64,000 nucleotides of DNA. Source: Escherichia phage vB_EcoM_WFH. A program made the position numbers and the translations under genes. Location: the sequence record NC_048194.1; one strand, written 5' to 3'. This document shows positions 1 to 8,389 of this stretch, in pieces; within the stretch, counting starts at the first letter, position 1; each line of letters starts with the position of its first letter. The notes beneath the pieces were generated by a model. That model was not told the DNA's origin. It did not search any database and saw only the letters and a program-made list of their open reading frames with translations.

Positions 1-135
1 ATTTTGAATTAATTTAAATTAATTTTTTTCTACATCCTCATACTTATACTAAACTTATATTTATACGTATTATCCGTAAGATATAAGTAAAAACAAAGAC
101 TTGCGGCAATACGGATGATACGTCATGATACGCTT
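1..135. repeat. AT-rich tract plus iteron-like ATCCGTA / TACGGATGATACG motifs; partial second copy of the element at 16040-16320
   Basis: Read directly: 1-60 is almost pure A/T; ATCCGTA at 72-78, TACGGATGATACG at 110-122, ATGATACG at 125-132; same 9-mer family as the 16-kb element. Confidence 0.5.
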
Positions 136-279
136 CAACCAGCCAGCAGCGGCTAAGTCATTGATTTGCATAACAAGCGGCGAAAGGGATGGATTTCTTT
201 TATGCGTATCAAACAGTACACCACGCACCACGGTCCGATATTCATTCAGCACTATGATTTATGTACTTTTACAGCCAAT

Positions 280-308
280 TTGAACATCAATCTGCACTTG
301 AATATAAT
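280..308 (+). promoter_or_regulatory. sigma70-like promoter upstream of CDS 361-834
   Basis: TTGAAC (280-285), 17-nt spacer, TATAAT (303-308). Confidence 0.4.
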
Positions 309-360
309 GTTCAATCATTGTATAATTCACACTATTAATTTGCACTATGGGATTTGCACT

Positions 361-834
361 ATGAGTCAAGATTATGTAGCAATGCCTGAAGACTTTGAAG
401 ACCCGCGATTTGCAGAGCATAATCAGGCATTATTCGATGAGTTCATTGACCTTGTTATTCAGGGCCATGACATGCGCGCAGCTTTTGCACTAGTATTTGG
501 CATGGAGGTTGCGACCGATAACTACACTGGCCAGCGAATCCTGTGCACTCAGCGCAACCCGTACTACAAGATGCGCTACAAAAAGCGCATGGAAGAAATG
601 CCATTGAAGGAATTGTGGAGCGTAAAAAGTTCCATCCACAATTTAGTGAAGCTTGTGCGTGATCCAGAAGTCGCGGCGTCAGCCAAGCTTAATGCCATTC
701 GTGAACTGAATATCATCTACGGCATCACGATGATTGATGAAAATGGCAATAGTAAAATGGGCCGTTCCATGGACGATTTCTACAAGGATTTTGGAGAGGC
801 AGCCAAAGAGGGTGAGCAATTCTCCCGCCACTAG
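361..834 (+). CDS. Hypothetical HTH-like DNA-binding protein, possibly small terminase-like
   Basis: ORF 166-834 trimmed to the ATG at 361, which sits inside an ATTTGCACTAT copy; segment FDEFIDLVIQGHDMRAAFALVFG resembles small-terminase N-terminal HTHs; function not established. Confidence 0.45.
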   Translation: MSQDYVAMPEDFEDPRFAEHNQALFDEFIDLVIQGHDMRAAFALVFGMEVATDNYTGQRILCTQRNPYYKMRYKKRMEEMPLKELWSVKSSIHNLVKLVRDPEVAASAKLNAIRELNIIYGITMIDENGNSKMGRSMDDFYKDFGEAAKEGEQFSRH

Positions 835-853
835 CCAATTTGCACTATAAAAC

Positions 854-887
854 GGCCCTAGAACACATTTTCTCCACTTCTAGGGCC
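854..887. terminator. Stem-loop GGCCCTAGAA / TTCTAGGGCC with 14-nt loop, candidate intrinsic terminator
   Basis: Perfect 10-bp inverted repeat; T-rich flank only when read on the minus strand. Confidence 0.35.
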
Positions 888-1262
888 GTTGGTAATACGA
901 CGGGGAAGGCTGCAACCATGAACGCGTTAGAAAGTGTATTATTATAAGTCATCTTTTAGTCACTTTACGTAACAATTTACGACCTTCCGCCGTCCAGTCG
1001 AACGACTCCACCAGCAGATTTGCACTATAACCTAAGACGATGCGCCCCTTCTCGTTATCGACCCGCCAACAAGTCTCGAATAGCATTCGATTTGCACTAT
1101 TAACTATCGCCGCAACGCGCGTTGGGTAAGCGCAATTTGCACTATGGTCGTAAAGGGATAAGGTGCGACCACTGCCGATGGACAACGTAGCGATGAGAAT
1201 AAGCGTATTCATAAGCCACCAATTTGCACTATGAAAAGCGACCCCGAAGGGCCGCCATTCGA

Positions 1263-1889
1263 TTAGATAATCTGGAAGGTGTAGGACTTGTTGCCGAACT
1301 CGAAGTTCAAGCGCCCAGCTTCCTTAAGCTTCATGCGGAAGCGAATATGTTTGCTATCCGGTAAGCCCAGCGCGGCGAACGCTACGCGGACCGATTTGAA
1401 CTCGCCTACACCCTCGACCATAACGGCGTTACGGGTGAGACGCTTTTGCGCCACTTCCTTGTTATCCCAACTTTTTGCAATACCTTCGCTATTAGAACGG
1501 CGATGGGAAGGAGTTCCATTTTGCACTACGCAATTTGCACTATCGTTTAGGCCGCTCTTAACGAAGGCTTCATACTCTTCGTCGGTCATCGCGTCGAGTT
1601 CTTCCTGAGTCGGCTCGGCCTTTTTAACGACCGCACGCGCCTTATGCGTTTTTACATCGCTGGACACTTCCTCGCGCGGCTTCGCGTCGGGGATGGGCAA
1701 TTCGTTGGACGGCTCATCGAGCGCGTTTAAGGACTCGATTAACGCGATGACGCGAGTCTCAGCGGTGCGACGGTCCACAAACTTCTTAATCGGTTTTGAG
1801 CCGGAGTTGGCATTATAGAATGCAACGAGGTCGGCGGTCTTAGTTGCGATAACGTCGCCGCTAGTAGAAAAGCGATTTAAGCTAACCAT
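1263..1889 (-). CDS. Hypothetical protein, first gene of the CG-rich island
   Basis: 208-aa ORF; consensus RBS AGGAG before the ATG at 1889; two ATTTGCACTAT copies lie inside it. Confidence 0.6.
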   Translation of the reverse strand: MVSLNRFSTSGDVIATKTADLVAFYNANSGSKPIKKFVDRRTAETRVIALIESLNALDEPSNELPIPDAKPREEVSSDVKTHKARAVVKKAEPTQEELDAMTDEEYEAFVKSGLNDSANCVVQNGTPSHRRSNSEGIAKSWDNKEVAQKRLTRNAVMVEGVGEFKSVRVAFAALGLPDSKHIRFRMKLKEAGRLNFEFGNKSYTFQII

Positions 1890-1969
1890 AATAAACTCCT
1901 ATTTGTTAGGGCGCTAGGCGCGAAAGAATTTTATTAAAGCGCCGCGCACGACGCTCTAAAAATCCTCTC

Positions 1970-2284
1970 TTACTCTTCGTCGTCTTCGATTAATTCGAAG
2001 GCGAAGGCATAAGCTTTGCTATCGTAATTAACTAAAACGGCGAGTTCGAACTCGTTAATAAACGCCGTTTTACCGCATAAATTTAATTCCGCATCGACTT
2101 CGAAGAATCCGTTTTCGTCGCGCTCTAAGCGAGAAGCAGCGAGTTGCTCGATTACCGTCGCGTCGTTAATTTCTTCGCCTAAGCGAACGCCGGAGAATTT
2201 CGCGAGAATTTCGCCGTAAGTAAGCGTAACACCCTGGACTTCGGCGGTTGCGTTTTCGAGGGTGAAGCGGGTAACGATAGCCAT
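1970..2284 (-). CDS. Small strongly acidic protein (paralog family member A)
   Basis: 104 aa, net charge about -15, ends ELIEDDEE; RBS AGGAG; driven by the minus-strand promoter cassette at 2353-2380. Confidence 0.65.
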   Translation of the reverse strand: MAIVTRFTLENATAEVQGVTLTYGEILAKFSGVRLGEEINDATVIEQLAASRLERDENGFFEVDAELNLCGKTAFINEFELAVLVNYDSKAYAFAFELIEDDEE

Positions 2285-2352
2285 TTTAAACTCCTAGTTG
2301 GGAGAGGCGTTAACGACCTATTCGTTAACTCATCCCGTCCCGATATGAGTAC

Positions 2353-2380
2353 ATTATAATATAGTGTAGAAAAAAGTAAA
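2353..2380 (-). promoter_or_regulatory. sigma70-type promoter cassette, copy 1 (leftward)
   Basis: On the minus strand TTTACT, 16-nt spacer containing CTACACT, TATAAT; leader hairpin GAGTTAACGAATAGGTCGTTAAC matches the leader of copy 3. Confidence 0.6.
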
Positions 2381-2424
2381 GCACTTTTTCGATAAAAATG
2401 CGATAAATTATTTTATCTTTTTTC

Positions 2425-2452
2425 TTTACTTCTTCGTACACTCGCGTATACT
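2425..2452 (+). promoter_or_regulatory. sigma70-type promoter cassette, copy 2
   Basis: TTTACT (2425-2430), 16-nt spacer TCTTCGTACACTCGCG, TATACT (2447-2452). Confidence 0.6.
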
Positions 2453-2508
2453 TGTTTATATCGAGACGGGCGATGGCCCTTTCTTCTACTAGCATCGGGA
2501 GCTTTATT

Positions 2509-2811
2509 ATGACTACTTTAATCTCTTCCATCCTTACTTACGACGAAGACCGCTTAACCGTTCGCTCTCTTATCGCCGCCGTTAACGCGGAACTAGAATC
2601 TAGCGCCATCAAGGTCCGTGCCGTTGCCTTCGTCGGCCTTTCCTTCGACGATATTAAGTATGCAGAGTATAGCGCCATTCGCGTTGTTACTACCGACGAT
2701 AACGCCGTTACCCTTATCGAGACGGTTACGCCGCGCGGCGAAGCGTTAATTATCGTCGAGTATATCGACGTAGAAGGCGATAAAGCTTATAAATATTTTA
2801 TCGCAGAATAA
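2509..2811 (+). CDS. Small acidic protein (paralog family member B)
   Basis: ORF 2452-2811 trimmed to the ATG at 2509 after GGGAG; about 100 aa, net charge about -8; C-terminal DKAYKYF resembles SKAYAFAF of member A. Confidence 0.6.
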   Translation: MTTLISSILTYDEDRLTVRSLIAAVNAELESSAIKVRAVAFVGLSFDDIKYAEYSAIRVVTTDDNAVTLIETVTPRGEALIIVEYIDVEGDKAYKYFIAE

Positions 2812-2821
2812 CGAAAAGTGC

Positions 2822-2850
2822 TTTACTTCTTCGTACACTAAGACTATAAT
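2822..2850 (+). promoter_or_regulatory. sigma70-type promoter cassette, copy 3
   Basis: TTTACT (2822-2827), 17-nt spacer TCTTCGTACACTAAGAC, TATAAT (2845-2850); followed by leader hairpin GGTAGCG-AATAGGT-CGCTACC and RBS AGGAGA. Confidence 0.65.
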
Positions 2851-2917
2851 GTTTTATATCGAGAGGGGATGAGGTAGCGAATAGGTCGCTACCCTCCCGA
2901 CTAACTAGGAGAATATT

Positions 2918-3208
2918 ATGATTACTTTAGCCGCTATCCGTTCCGCTCGCGTCGAAACTTCCGAAAACTCTAACGTATTTGGCGAAAAACTTAAAAACGT
3001 TTATCTCTTTAACGTAGATGCGACTATCGAAGAGCTTCATAGTCCTATCGATTTTAGCGAATTTACGGAACTCGAAGAGGAAGATATTACTACCTTCCGC
3101 GTTACTATCGAAGGTAAGGTTTATTTTGCTACGGAGTTCGGCGGCGAATATCTCGCGGTATCCGAAGGCGAAGGCCGTTACTCTTTCTTTAAAATCGTCT
3201 CCTTATAA
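2918..3208 (+). CDS. Small acidic protein (paralog family member C)
   Basis: 96 aa, net charge about -10 (ELEEEDITT); RBS AGGAGA. Confidence 0.65.
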   Translation: MITLAAIRSARVETSENSNVFGEKLKNVYLFNVDATIEELHSPIDFSEFTELEEEDITTFRVTIEGKVYFATEFGGEYLAVSEGEGRYSFFKIVSL

Positions 3209-3228
3209 TACCCTTCCGTTACTAATAG

Positions 3229-3254
3229 GCCGCGCTTAGTCGCGGCTTTTCTTC
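3229..3254 (+). terminator. Rho-independent terminator
   Basis: GCCGCG-CTTAGT-CGCGGC followed by TTTTCTTCG, immediately after the CDS ending at 3208. Confidence 0.6.
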
Positions 3255-3372
3255 GTCCCTATCTCGATGCGCTTCTCCGCGAAAACTCCTTTATCCTTCC
3301 CTTCGTCGTCGCATAATCTTCGTCGAGATGCGCCTTAGTTCGCATAACAGGTATTACGTTAAATGGAGAACA

Positions 3373-3448
3373 TCGCGTAAGTCCTTGTTTTATATAGACA
3401 CCTATATCGGACCGTTAGGGAGGGTCGCGCAAGTCGTTGTTTTATAAA
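3373..3448 (+). repeat. Imperfect 24-bp direct repeat pair in a non-coding region
   Basis: TCGCGTAAGTCCTTGTTTTATATA (3373-3396) and TCGCGCAAGTCGTTGTTTTATAAA (3425-3448). Confidence 0.55.
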
Positions 3449-3571
3449 GGCGCAAAACTTTCCCTTCGTTCCGAACTAAAACGAGAAATATGCCGACCCT
3501 TCGCCCGAAAATAGTACGCATGCGAAATTACATGTATCTAGAATAATCCCCACCGATATTATCCTACACGC

Positions 3572-3629
3572 AATCATTAGCTTTCGAATCATTATGCTTC
3601 ATACTATTATGCGTCGAATCATTCGCTTT
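3572..3629 (+). repeat. Three direct copies of a 14-mer, GAATCATT(A/C)NGCTT
   Basis: Copies at about 3572, 3586 and 3616. Confidence 0.55.
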
Positions 3630-3723
3630 CTAATTGTAACGCTGGAAACTGTAACGGCGATTGATTATTGCGTTCGTGTGGTTTTTAGGGCATGGGTCTT
3701 TTGGTGCGTTTTGGTACTTGATG

Positions 3724-3836
3724 AAATTTGCAGTACACTAATCAAAATACGACACATTTGGTCCACTAACTTTTCAAAGAAAAAGTCCTAGACAGTACCG
3801 TACTATTTTGTACCCACAGTAAATTTGCAGTACACT
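3724..3836 (+). repeat. Two identical 16-mers AAATTTGCAGTACACT, 97 bp apart
   Basis: 3724-3739 and 3821-3836; the GTACACT core also sits in the spacers of promoter cassettes 2 and 3. Confidence 0.6.
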
Positions 3837-3905
3837 CCTGCGCGGCAGGCAAAAGAAAGGGCCGCCACAGCGACCCACGATTCACGGTTAAATCAGCAAC
3901 ACCCA

Positions 3906-4286
3906 CTATTCACTCTTATGGGCATCACCAAAGCCATCCGCAATCTGGCTGATCAATGATTCAATGGACACAGTTTTACCAATTGATCGAGCGGTAATAG
4001 CAAGCATATTATCAATCAAACCATGATTGGATGCATATGGTCCAGGTTTTGAATCATCTTCATGACAACCAAAAAGCTGATCGCGAAGACTTTCAAGAGA
4101 ACGCTCAATATTTTCCAGCTTCTCTTCTAAATCGGATTGGCGACGTAAAACCCATGTTAAGTCGCGGTTGCCGACTTCCAATCCATCATAATCGCAAGAT
4201 GGAACGTTAATTTTGATACTTCCACCAAAGGCCATTCCGCTGCCTTTAGCACATGTGCCGTGAATGGAATCATTCTTATTTGACAT
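3906..4286 (-). CDS. Hypothetical protein with a coiled-coil segment
   Basis: ORF 3906-4316 trimmed to the ATG preceded by AAAGGT; segment DLEEKLENIERSLESLRDQL. Confidence 0.5.
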   Translation of the reverse strand: MSNKNDSIHGTCAKGSGMAFGGSIKINVPSCDYDGLEVGNRDLTWVLRRQSDLEEKLENIERSLESLRDQLFGCHEDDSKPGPYASNHGLIDNMLAITARSIGKTVSIESLISQIADGFGDAHKSE

Positions 4287-4320
4287 ATCATTACCTTTCA
4301 TGAGGGTGATTAACAATAAC

Positions 4321-4344
4321 TATAATAAAGCCGCGTAGCGCGGC
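4321..4344 (-). terminator. Candidate intrinsic terminator
   Basis: GCCGCG-TAG-CGCGGC; on the minus strand it is followed by TTTATTATA. Confidence 0.45.
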
Positions 4345-4395
4345 ATTCAAATCGGTTTATTAATTGTAACGATTGGATTCATCAATCGATACCAA

Positions 4396-4615
4396 CTATG
4401 CTGGGTCGCCGGATACGGTCGAGCCAATGATGCCCATCTGCTGAAAGAACTCTGAATAAACTTCCTTCCAGTATTTACGGGCTGCTTTCTGTGCTTGGCC
4501 TTTGCGCTTGAAGCTTTTACCTTTTACCTTGAAATATGAAACGGTCTTTTGGCGCGGAATACTCCACCACACCTTCCAGCCATTGTAAGAATGCTACTGA
4601 TTCATTTTGATTCAT
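4396..4615 (-). CDS. Small ORF split across two frames; possible frameshifted or recoded gene
   Basis: ATG at 4615 with RBS GAGGT gives a 32-codon frame ending at 4517; an overlapping frame continues protein-like (KGQAQKAARKYWKEVYSEFFQQMG) to 4396; A-runs at the junction. Confidence 0.25.
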
Positions 4616-4622
4616 GTTAACC

Positions 4623-5018
4623 TCAACATTTTAATAAGAAAGCACCCAACCAACTTTCCTCAACCTCGCGGCCAGTAGCCACACGGTCTGTCTTTGCTAT
4701 GGGTCTGGATTCGCCGCAAGGCAATCCGTCTTGTAGTTGTGTACTATTGCCAATTCTCACCAGAACCTTTCCATCAGGGTCGATATAAGCGCGGCAACCC
4801 ATGATTTCGAGTCGTTGTAGACACTGGCGAATCGTTTTCAGCCTTTCACCGGACCGGATAGAGCGCGGTCGCGACCGTTGACCATTCTTATTCACTGTCC
4901 GCTTCACAACCGGAATCTCATTGGTGCGCTGCGCTTTCGGTCGGTAGTAGGCTTCTTCGCCAGGAGTCGCACCTGGCGTCAATTCGCGCTTGAGAGCCTT
5001 TTCAATATCGATGATCAT
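4623..5018 (-). CDS. Hypothetical basic protein
   Basis: ORF 4623-5090 trimmed to MIIDIEK; the Cys-rich N-terminal extension of the long ORF looks non-coding. Confidence 0.45.
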   Translation of the reverse strand: MIIDIEKALKRELTPGATPGEEAYYRPKAQRTNEIPVVKRTVNKNGQRSRPRSIRSGERLKTIRQCLQRLEIMGCRAYIDPDGKVLVRIGNSTQLQDGLPCGESRPIAKTDRVATGREVEESWLGAFLLKC

Positions 5019-5111
5019 AATTATGCCGCTGCAGCGTAAACAATTGCATAAGCAATTCCAAACAGCGCAGCAATACATACCGTGCCCCAAAATGCAAAGC
5101 GTCGTGACTCT

Positions 5112-5321
5112 TTATCCATTGTCCACCGCTCCAATATCCTTCAAGAACTTGTGCAAGTCGCCTTTCTTATTAAGCTTTTGCATAGTTTTGATATCATCAA
5201 GTGATATGCCTTGATCGCTTTGTTGTTTGTCAATGCAGACAATGCCGCCTTTCTTAGCCTTGATTGTCATGCCTTTGGCTTCAATACTTTTTACGAAATC
5301 GGACAATAATTTAATTTCCAT
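5112..5321 (-). CDS. Hypothetical small protein
   Basis: ATG overlaps the upstream stop (TAATG coupling) at 5321. Confidence 0.5.
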   Translation of the reverse strand: MEIKLLSDFVKSIEAKGMTIKAKKGGIVCIDKQQSDQGISLDDIKTMQKLNKKGDLHKFLKDIGAVDNG

Positions 5322-5611
5322 TAGAATCTTCTCCCACATCCATAAAAATTAAACACTAATTTTGCCATGTCATCTTGTGAAACGACACCGTAGTGTTTAG
5401 GCAAATTGCTTTCTGACAATGCCTTCTGGGCTTCTTCTTCTGTCTCAAACAAAGGGATGCACCAATTAGCTGCGTCGCCAGAATCATTGCTATCAACTTG
5501 TTTCAAGAAAACCAAGCGGTTGTCTTCAGGATCAATTCCGCAAATCACATATTTAGGCAACGCTTTTGCTTTTTGGGCCTTATCGATGTCTTCAAATTTC
5601 ATTTCATCCAC
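5321..5611 (-). CDS. Hypothetical protein
   Basis: 96-aa ORF with an acidic centre; no recognisable motif. Confidence 0.5.
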   Translation of the reverse strand: MDEMKFEDIDKAQKAKALPKYVICGIDPEDNRLVFLKQVDSNDSGDAANWCIPLFETEEEAQKALSESNLPKHYGVVSQDDMAKLVFNFYGCGRRF

Positions 5612-5684
5612 CTCACTTGTTAACGTATAATGAGTATAACTTAATAGTGCATAAAGTAAAGGCGCTGAAAGCGCCTTGAGTGAA

Positions 5685-8009
5685 TTATTTCGCTTCCTTT
5701 AGCGCGGCTATCTCTGCCTCTAGTGACTCGACCTTCTTCATCAACTCCTGCACCACGTGCATCGTATCCAAAAGCATAGGTGTTGTGTCAAGTTCTTTTT
5801 GTTCAACAATTTCTCCTGGATTGCTCCCAACATATTTGCGCGTCTTAACATATAAAGGCTCAACACCCTCTGCTTGCTGTGCAATCACGCCGTGCCGAAC
5901 TCGATTTTGTTCGTCATTGTCATAAATGAACTCTACAAATTCCAGTCCTTTAATATTAGAGTATGATTTGTCAACTCCAACAGGGGCGATGCCATGTTTT
6001 ACACGTGAGTCAGAAGTGCCATTTTTTGTATAACTGAAGTTACCGTAATCGGTTGAACCATATATTTGACCATCAATGTCAAAAAAGTAACGGCAAAATT
6101 TTCCGTTATCTCCACCGATTACCACACAAGCTATGCCGAATGCAGCATTACCTGGTAAATACATATGGTATCCAACCTTGGTTGGGTATCCATTAGGTTT
6201 GGTGGCACCGATAGAATAGCCGCGCACCAGAGTATCTGATCCACTCGCGATGGCCACTCTGTCCATTCCGTTAGTGGTCAAGTTAGATACAGCGGCATCC
6301 GTTATTCCATTCCATGTGCCTAAAGGCGTATACATGCGGAATGGGTTGGTCTTCCCTGACTGTCGAAAGTCAACGGTGCCATCTTCATAGAATTTATAAG
6401 CGTGCTTGGAAGAACCCTCCGCCTCTACGACTGCATAACTAGAAGAACCCCATGAAGAACTTGAGTACAGGCGTGCAAACTGTGATGAACTAGGATTGCT
6501 ATATTTTGACTCTACTTTGCCGCCGACAACCAGTGCGCCTGCCACTGGTGCGCTTGAGTCTGCATTGATTACGCTCCAAGACGTATTCGCAGCAACAAAT
6601 CCACCCGATGCACGAATCACCCAAACGCCAACGAAGTTACGGCCCATGATTTCACTGTTTGAACGGCCATAAACTGGGCTTGATCGACTGGCGTCAAAGC
6701 TTACACGTTGAATACCAGACCCCATGTCGTAGTTCTGTACAGGAGCCTCTGACTGGAAATACAGGAAAGGACCAGTAGCACCGTACTGAATGACGCCACC
6801 GATATTACCGATGATGTTAGGCGCAGCAGAATCAAACACAACACCATCAGCATTGGCGTTTGCCGTTCCATTCCCTGCACCATCACCTCGCCCATAGAGA
6901 GCGGCTAATGAACCAACTTGAACGCCGTTTCGGTCAGGCACGCGGAAAGTCGTTGTACCATTACCAAGTGAATACTTTCCGCGTTTTGTAGGGTCTGCAA
7001 GCCAGTCAGCATCAGCAATAGGAGTCAACATCTGCGCATAAGCCCAAAGCTCAGGCCAGTCTGCACGGTTAAGCAATTGCCCGTCTGCCACAACTTCATA
7101 CGGCTGGATGTATGCGCGACTATCACGTAAGTGAAAATCACCAACACCATAGTTCATTACACCGTTCATGTTCGGTCCAACGGTGCCAGTGTTTATAAGG
7201 TTTTGAACCCAACGTTTAGTCGCAGCATCATAATCATTCACAGGGTCACCAGCAAGCGGAGTTGGGCCTGTCGGTCGAATATTCAACCAAGCCTGCGCAT
7301 TATCCCCTGATCCTGTGCCACCCATGGAAGTGGGAACGATATTTTGATCAGCGACTTGTCCGAATCCAAAAGCAGATTTCATGCCCTGAATGGTAGTCTG
7401 GCCTGTACCACCATTTGTGACTGGGATTACATCTTTGTCGGTGTATATTCGCACCCAATTAGACCAAGCCGATGATGCAGCGGTGTATCTTCTTTGGTGC
7501 AGCGTGTTATTGGAATAAGTTGTATATCTTTGGATGCAACTTTCTGTGGCAACGCCTGTTTGTAGCACCTCAAGAACTCCCGCTTGTTCCACAGGGTAGT
7601 TAAGGGGTGCCGATGCGCCAGCATTTGCTGATTGGTGATATTGACCAAACCATGAACCAGTCAACGCATTAAGGTTGATGCCTGAGGGAATCTCTCCAAA
7701 GTTTCGGACAGTACCCGTCAAAGTCGCAGCAGTTGTTCGAATGGAAAGTAAATCACCAGCCGCCCATGCACGCGCTGCAGTACCTTCCTGTGCACGCTGC
7801 ACGGTCAGGACGTTTCCAACCACGGCTGTTACTGTGACTATTTCAAATTGTAGGCCTGTTGCAGCGTCGACGATTGTCGCCACTACACGCTCGTTTGCGC
7901 CCAAGGTCGGAAAGTCTGACCCTGAGCGAATTGTGATTGTGGTGTCTGAAGTTGTCGTTGGTTGAGCCAGCGCGACCTCAAAGTTGTTTTTGAATATTAG
8001 CCTTGGCAT
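5685..8009 (-). CDS. Tail fibre / tailspike with C-terminal intramolecular chaperone (peptidase S74-like) domain
   Basis: 774 aa; fibre-type N-terminal domain; Gly/Ser/Thr-rich shaft; C-terminal GTSDSRVKHG cleavage-type motif followed by a coiled coil (ESLEAEIAALKEAK); RBS GAGGA. Confidence 0.7.
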   Translation of the reverse strand: MPRLIFKNNFEVALAQPTTTSDTTITIRSGSDFPTLGANERVVATIVDAATGLQFEIVTVTAVVGNVLTVQRAQEGTAARAWAAGDLLSIRTTAATLTGTVRNFGEIPSGINLNALTGSWFGQYHQSANAGASAPLNYPVEQAGVLEVLQTGVATESCIQRYTTYSNNTLHQRRYTAASSAWSNWVRIYTDKDVIPVTNGGTGQTTIQGMKSAFGFGQVADQNIVPTSMGGTGSGDNAQAWLNIRPTGPTPLAGDPVNDYDAATKRWVQNLINTGTVGPNMNGVMNYGVGDFHLRDSRAYIQPYEVVADGQLLNRADWPELWAYAQMLTPIADADWLADPTKRGKYSLGNGTTTFRVPDRNGVQVGSLAALYGRGDGAGNGTANANADGVVFDSAAPNIIGNIGGVIQYGATGPFLYFQSEAPVQNYDMGSGIQRVSFDASRSSPVYGRSNSEIMGRNFVGVWVIRASGGFVAANTSWSVINADSSAPVAGALVVGGKVESKYSNPSSSQFARLYSSSSWGSSSYAVVEAEGSSKHAYKFYEDGTVDFRQSGKTNPFRMYTPLGTWNGITDAAVSNLTTNGMDRVAIASGSDTLVRGYSIGATKPNGYPTKVGYHMYLPGNAAFGIACVVIGGDNGKFCRYFFDIDGQIYGSTDYGNFSYTKNGTSDSRVKHGIAPVGVDKSYSNIKGLEFVEFIYDNDEQNRVRHGVIAQQAEGVEPLYVKTRKYVGSNPGEIVEQKELDTTPMLLDTMHVVQELMKKVESLEAEIAALKEAK

Positions 8010-8047
8010 TTTACGGTCCTCGTTTTGTCGACAACCGTATTATAGCC

Positions 8048-8389
8048 TTAATTTCTTTTGAGAGGAATATGACGGTTGCTGTCATTATTTGGTTTAATAA
8101 TGAGCATAAAAACGATTAGAAAGATGATGGCTGATATACTTAATTCAATCAGCGCGGCCTGAGATATGGATTGATCTTCATGATACTGCTTTTGCATTTC
8201 TGCTTTCTTCTGAGCGCAAACTTCAGGCGATATATAATCACCTTTTGAGTTGCCATAATAAATCTCGCCATTTTCAGAAATAAGTCTGCCGCAAATATCC
8301 GTATCGGCCTTTGCACTCGACATCATAATAACGGTGCCGATGATAGCAGCAATTGTCCAGATTAGCAGTTGTGATAAAGTATTGTTCAT
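8048..8389 (-). CDS. Small membrane protein with two predicted transmembrane segments
   Basis: ORF trimmed to MNNTL after RBS AAGAGG; hydrophobic N- and C-terminal stretches. Confidence 0.5.
   Translation of the reverse strand: MNNTLSQLLIWTIAAIIGTVIMMSSAKADTDICGRLISENGEIYYGNSKGDYISPEVCAQKKAEMQKQYHEDQSISQAALIELSISAIIFLIVFMLIIKPNNDSNRHIPLKRN

Larger units (their letters stand above)
337..1545 (+). repeat. Dispersed array of nine same-orientation copies of the 11-mer ATTTGCACTAT
   Basis: Copies at about 338, 352, 838, 1018, 1090, 1135, 1223, 1520 (variant TTTTGCACTAC) and 1533; two tandem pairs with 14-bp offset; irregular spacing otherwise. Confidence 0.7.

Noticed and set aside
70-252. 60-codon minus-strand ORF at the window start
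   Set aside because: It overlaps the iteron/AT-rich element and has no start context.
949-1212. 87-codon minus-strand ORF
   Set aside because: Four copies of the ATTTGCACTAT repeat fall inside it and it has no convincing RBS; the region is more likely regulatory than coding.
337-1545. Possible CRISPR array
   Set aside because: Repeats are 11 bp with irregular spacing and no cas genes in the window.
3570-3630. tRNA gene (TTCGAATC resembles a T-loop)
   Set aside because: Flanking bases do not form a T-stem or acceptor stem; a tRNA scanner should still be run on all intergenic regions.
3594-3791. 65-codon plus-strand ORF
   Set aside because: It lies across the GAATCATT and 16-mer repeats, has no RBS, and its product is hydrophobic low-complexity.
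6701-7965. Short ORFs antisense to or nested in the tail fibre gene (6701-6895, 7427-7648, 7675-7965), and similar nested ORFs inside other large genes
   Set aside because: They lie wholly within well-supported longer genes, lack RBS, and have atypical composition.
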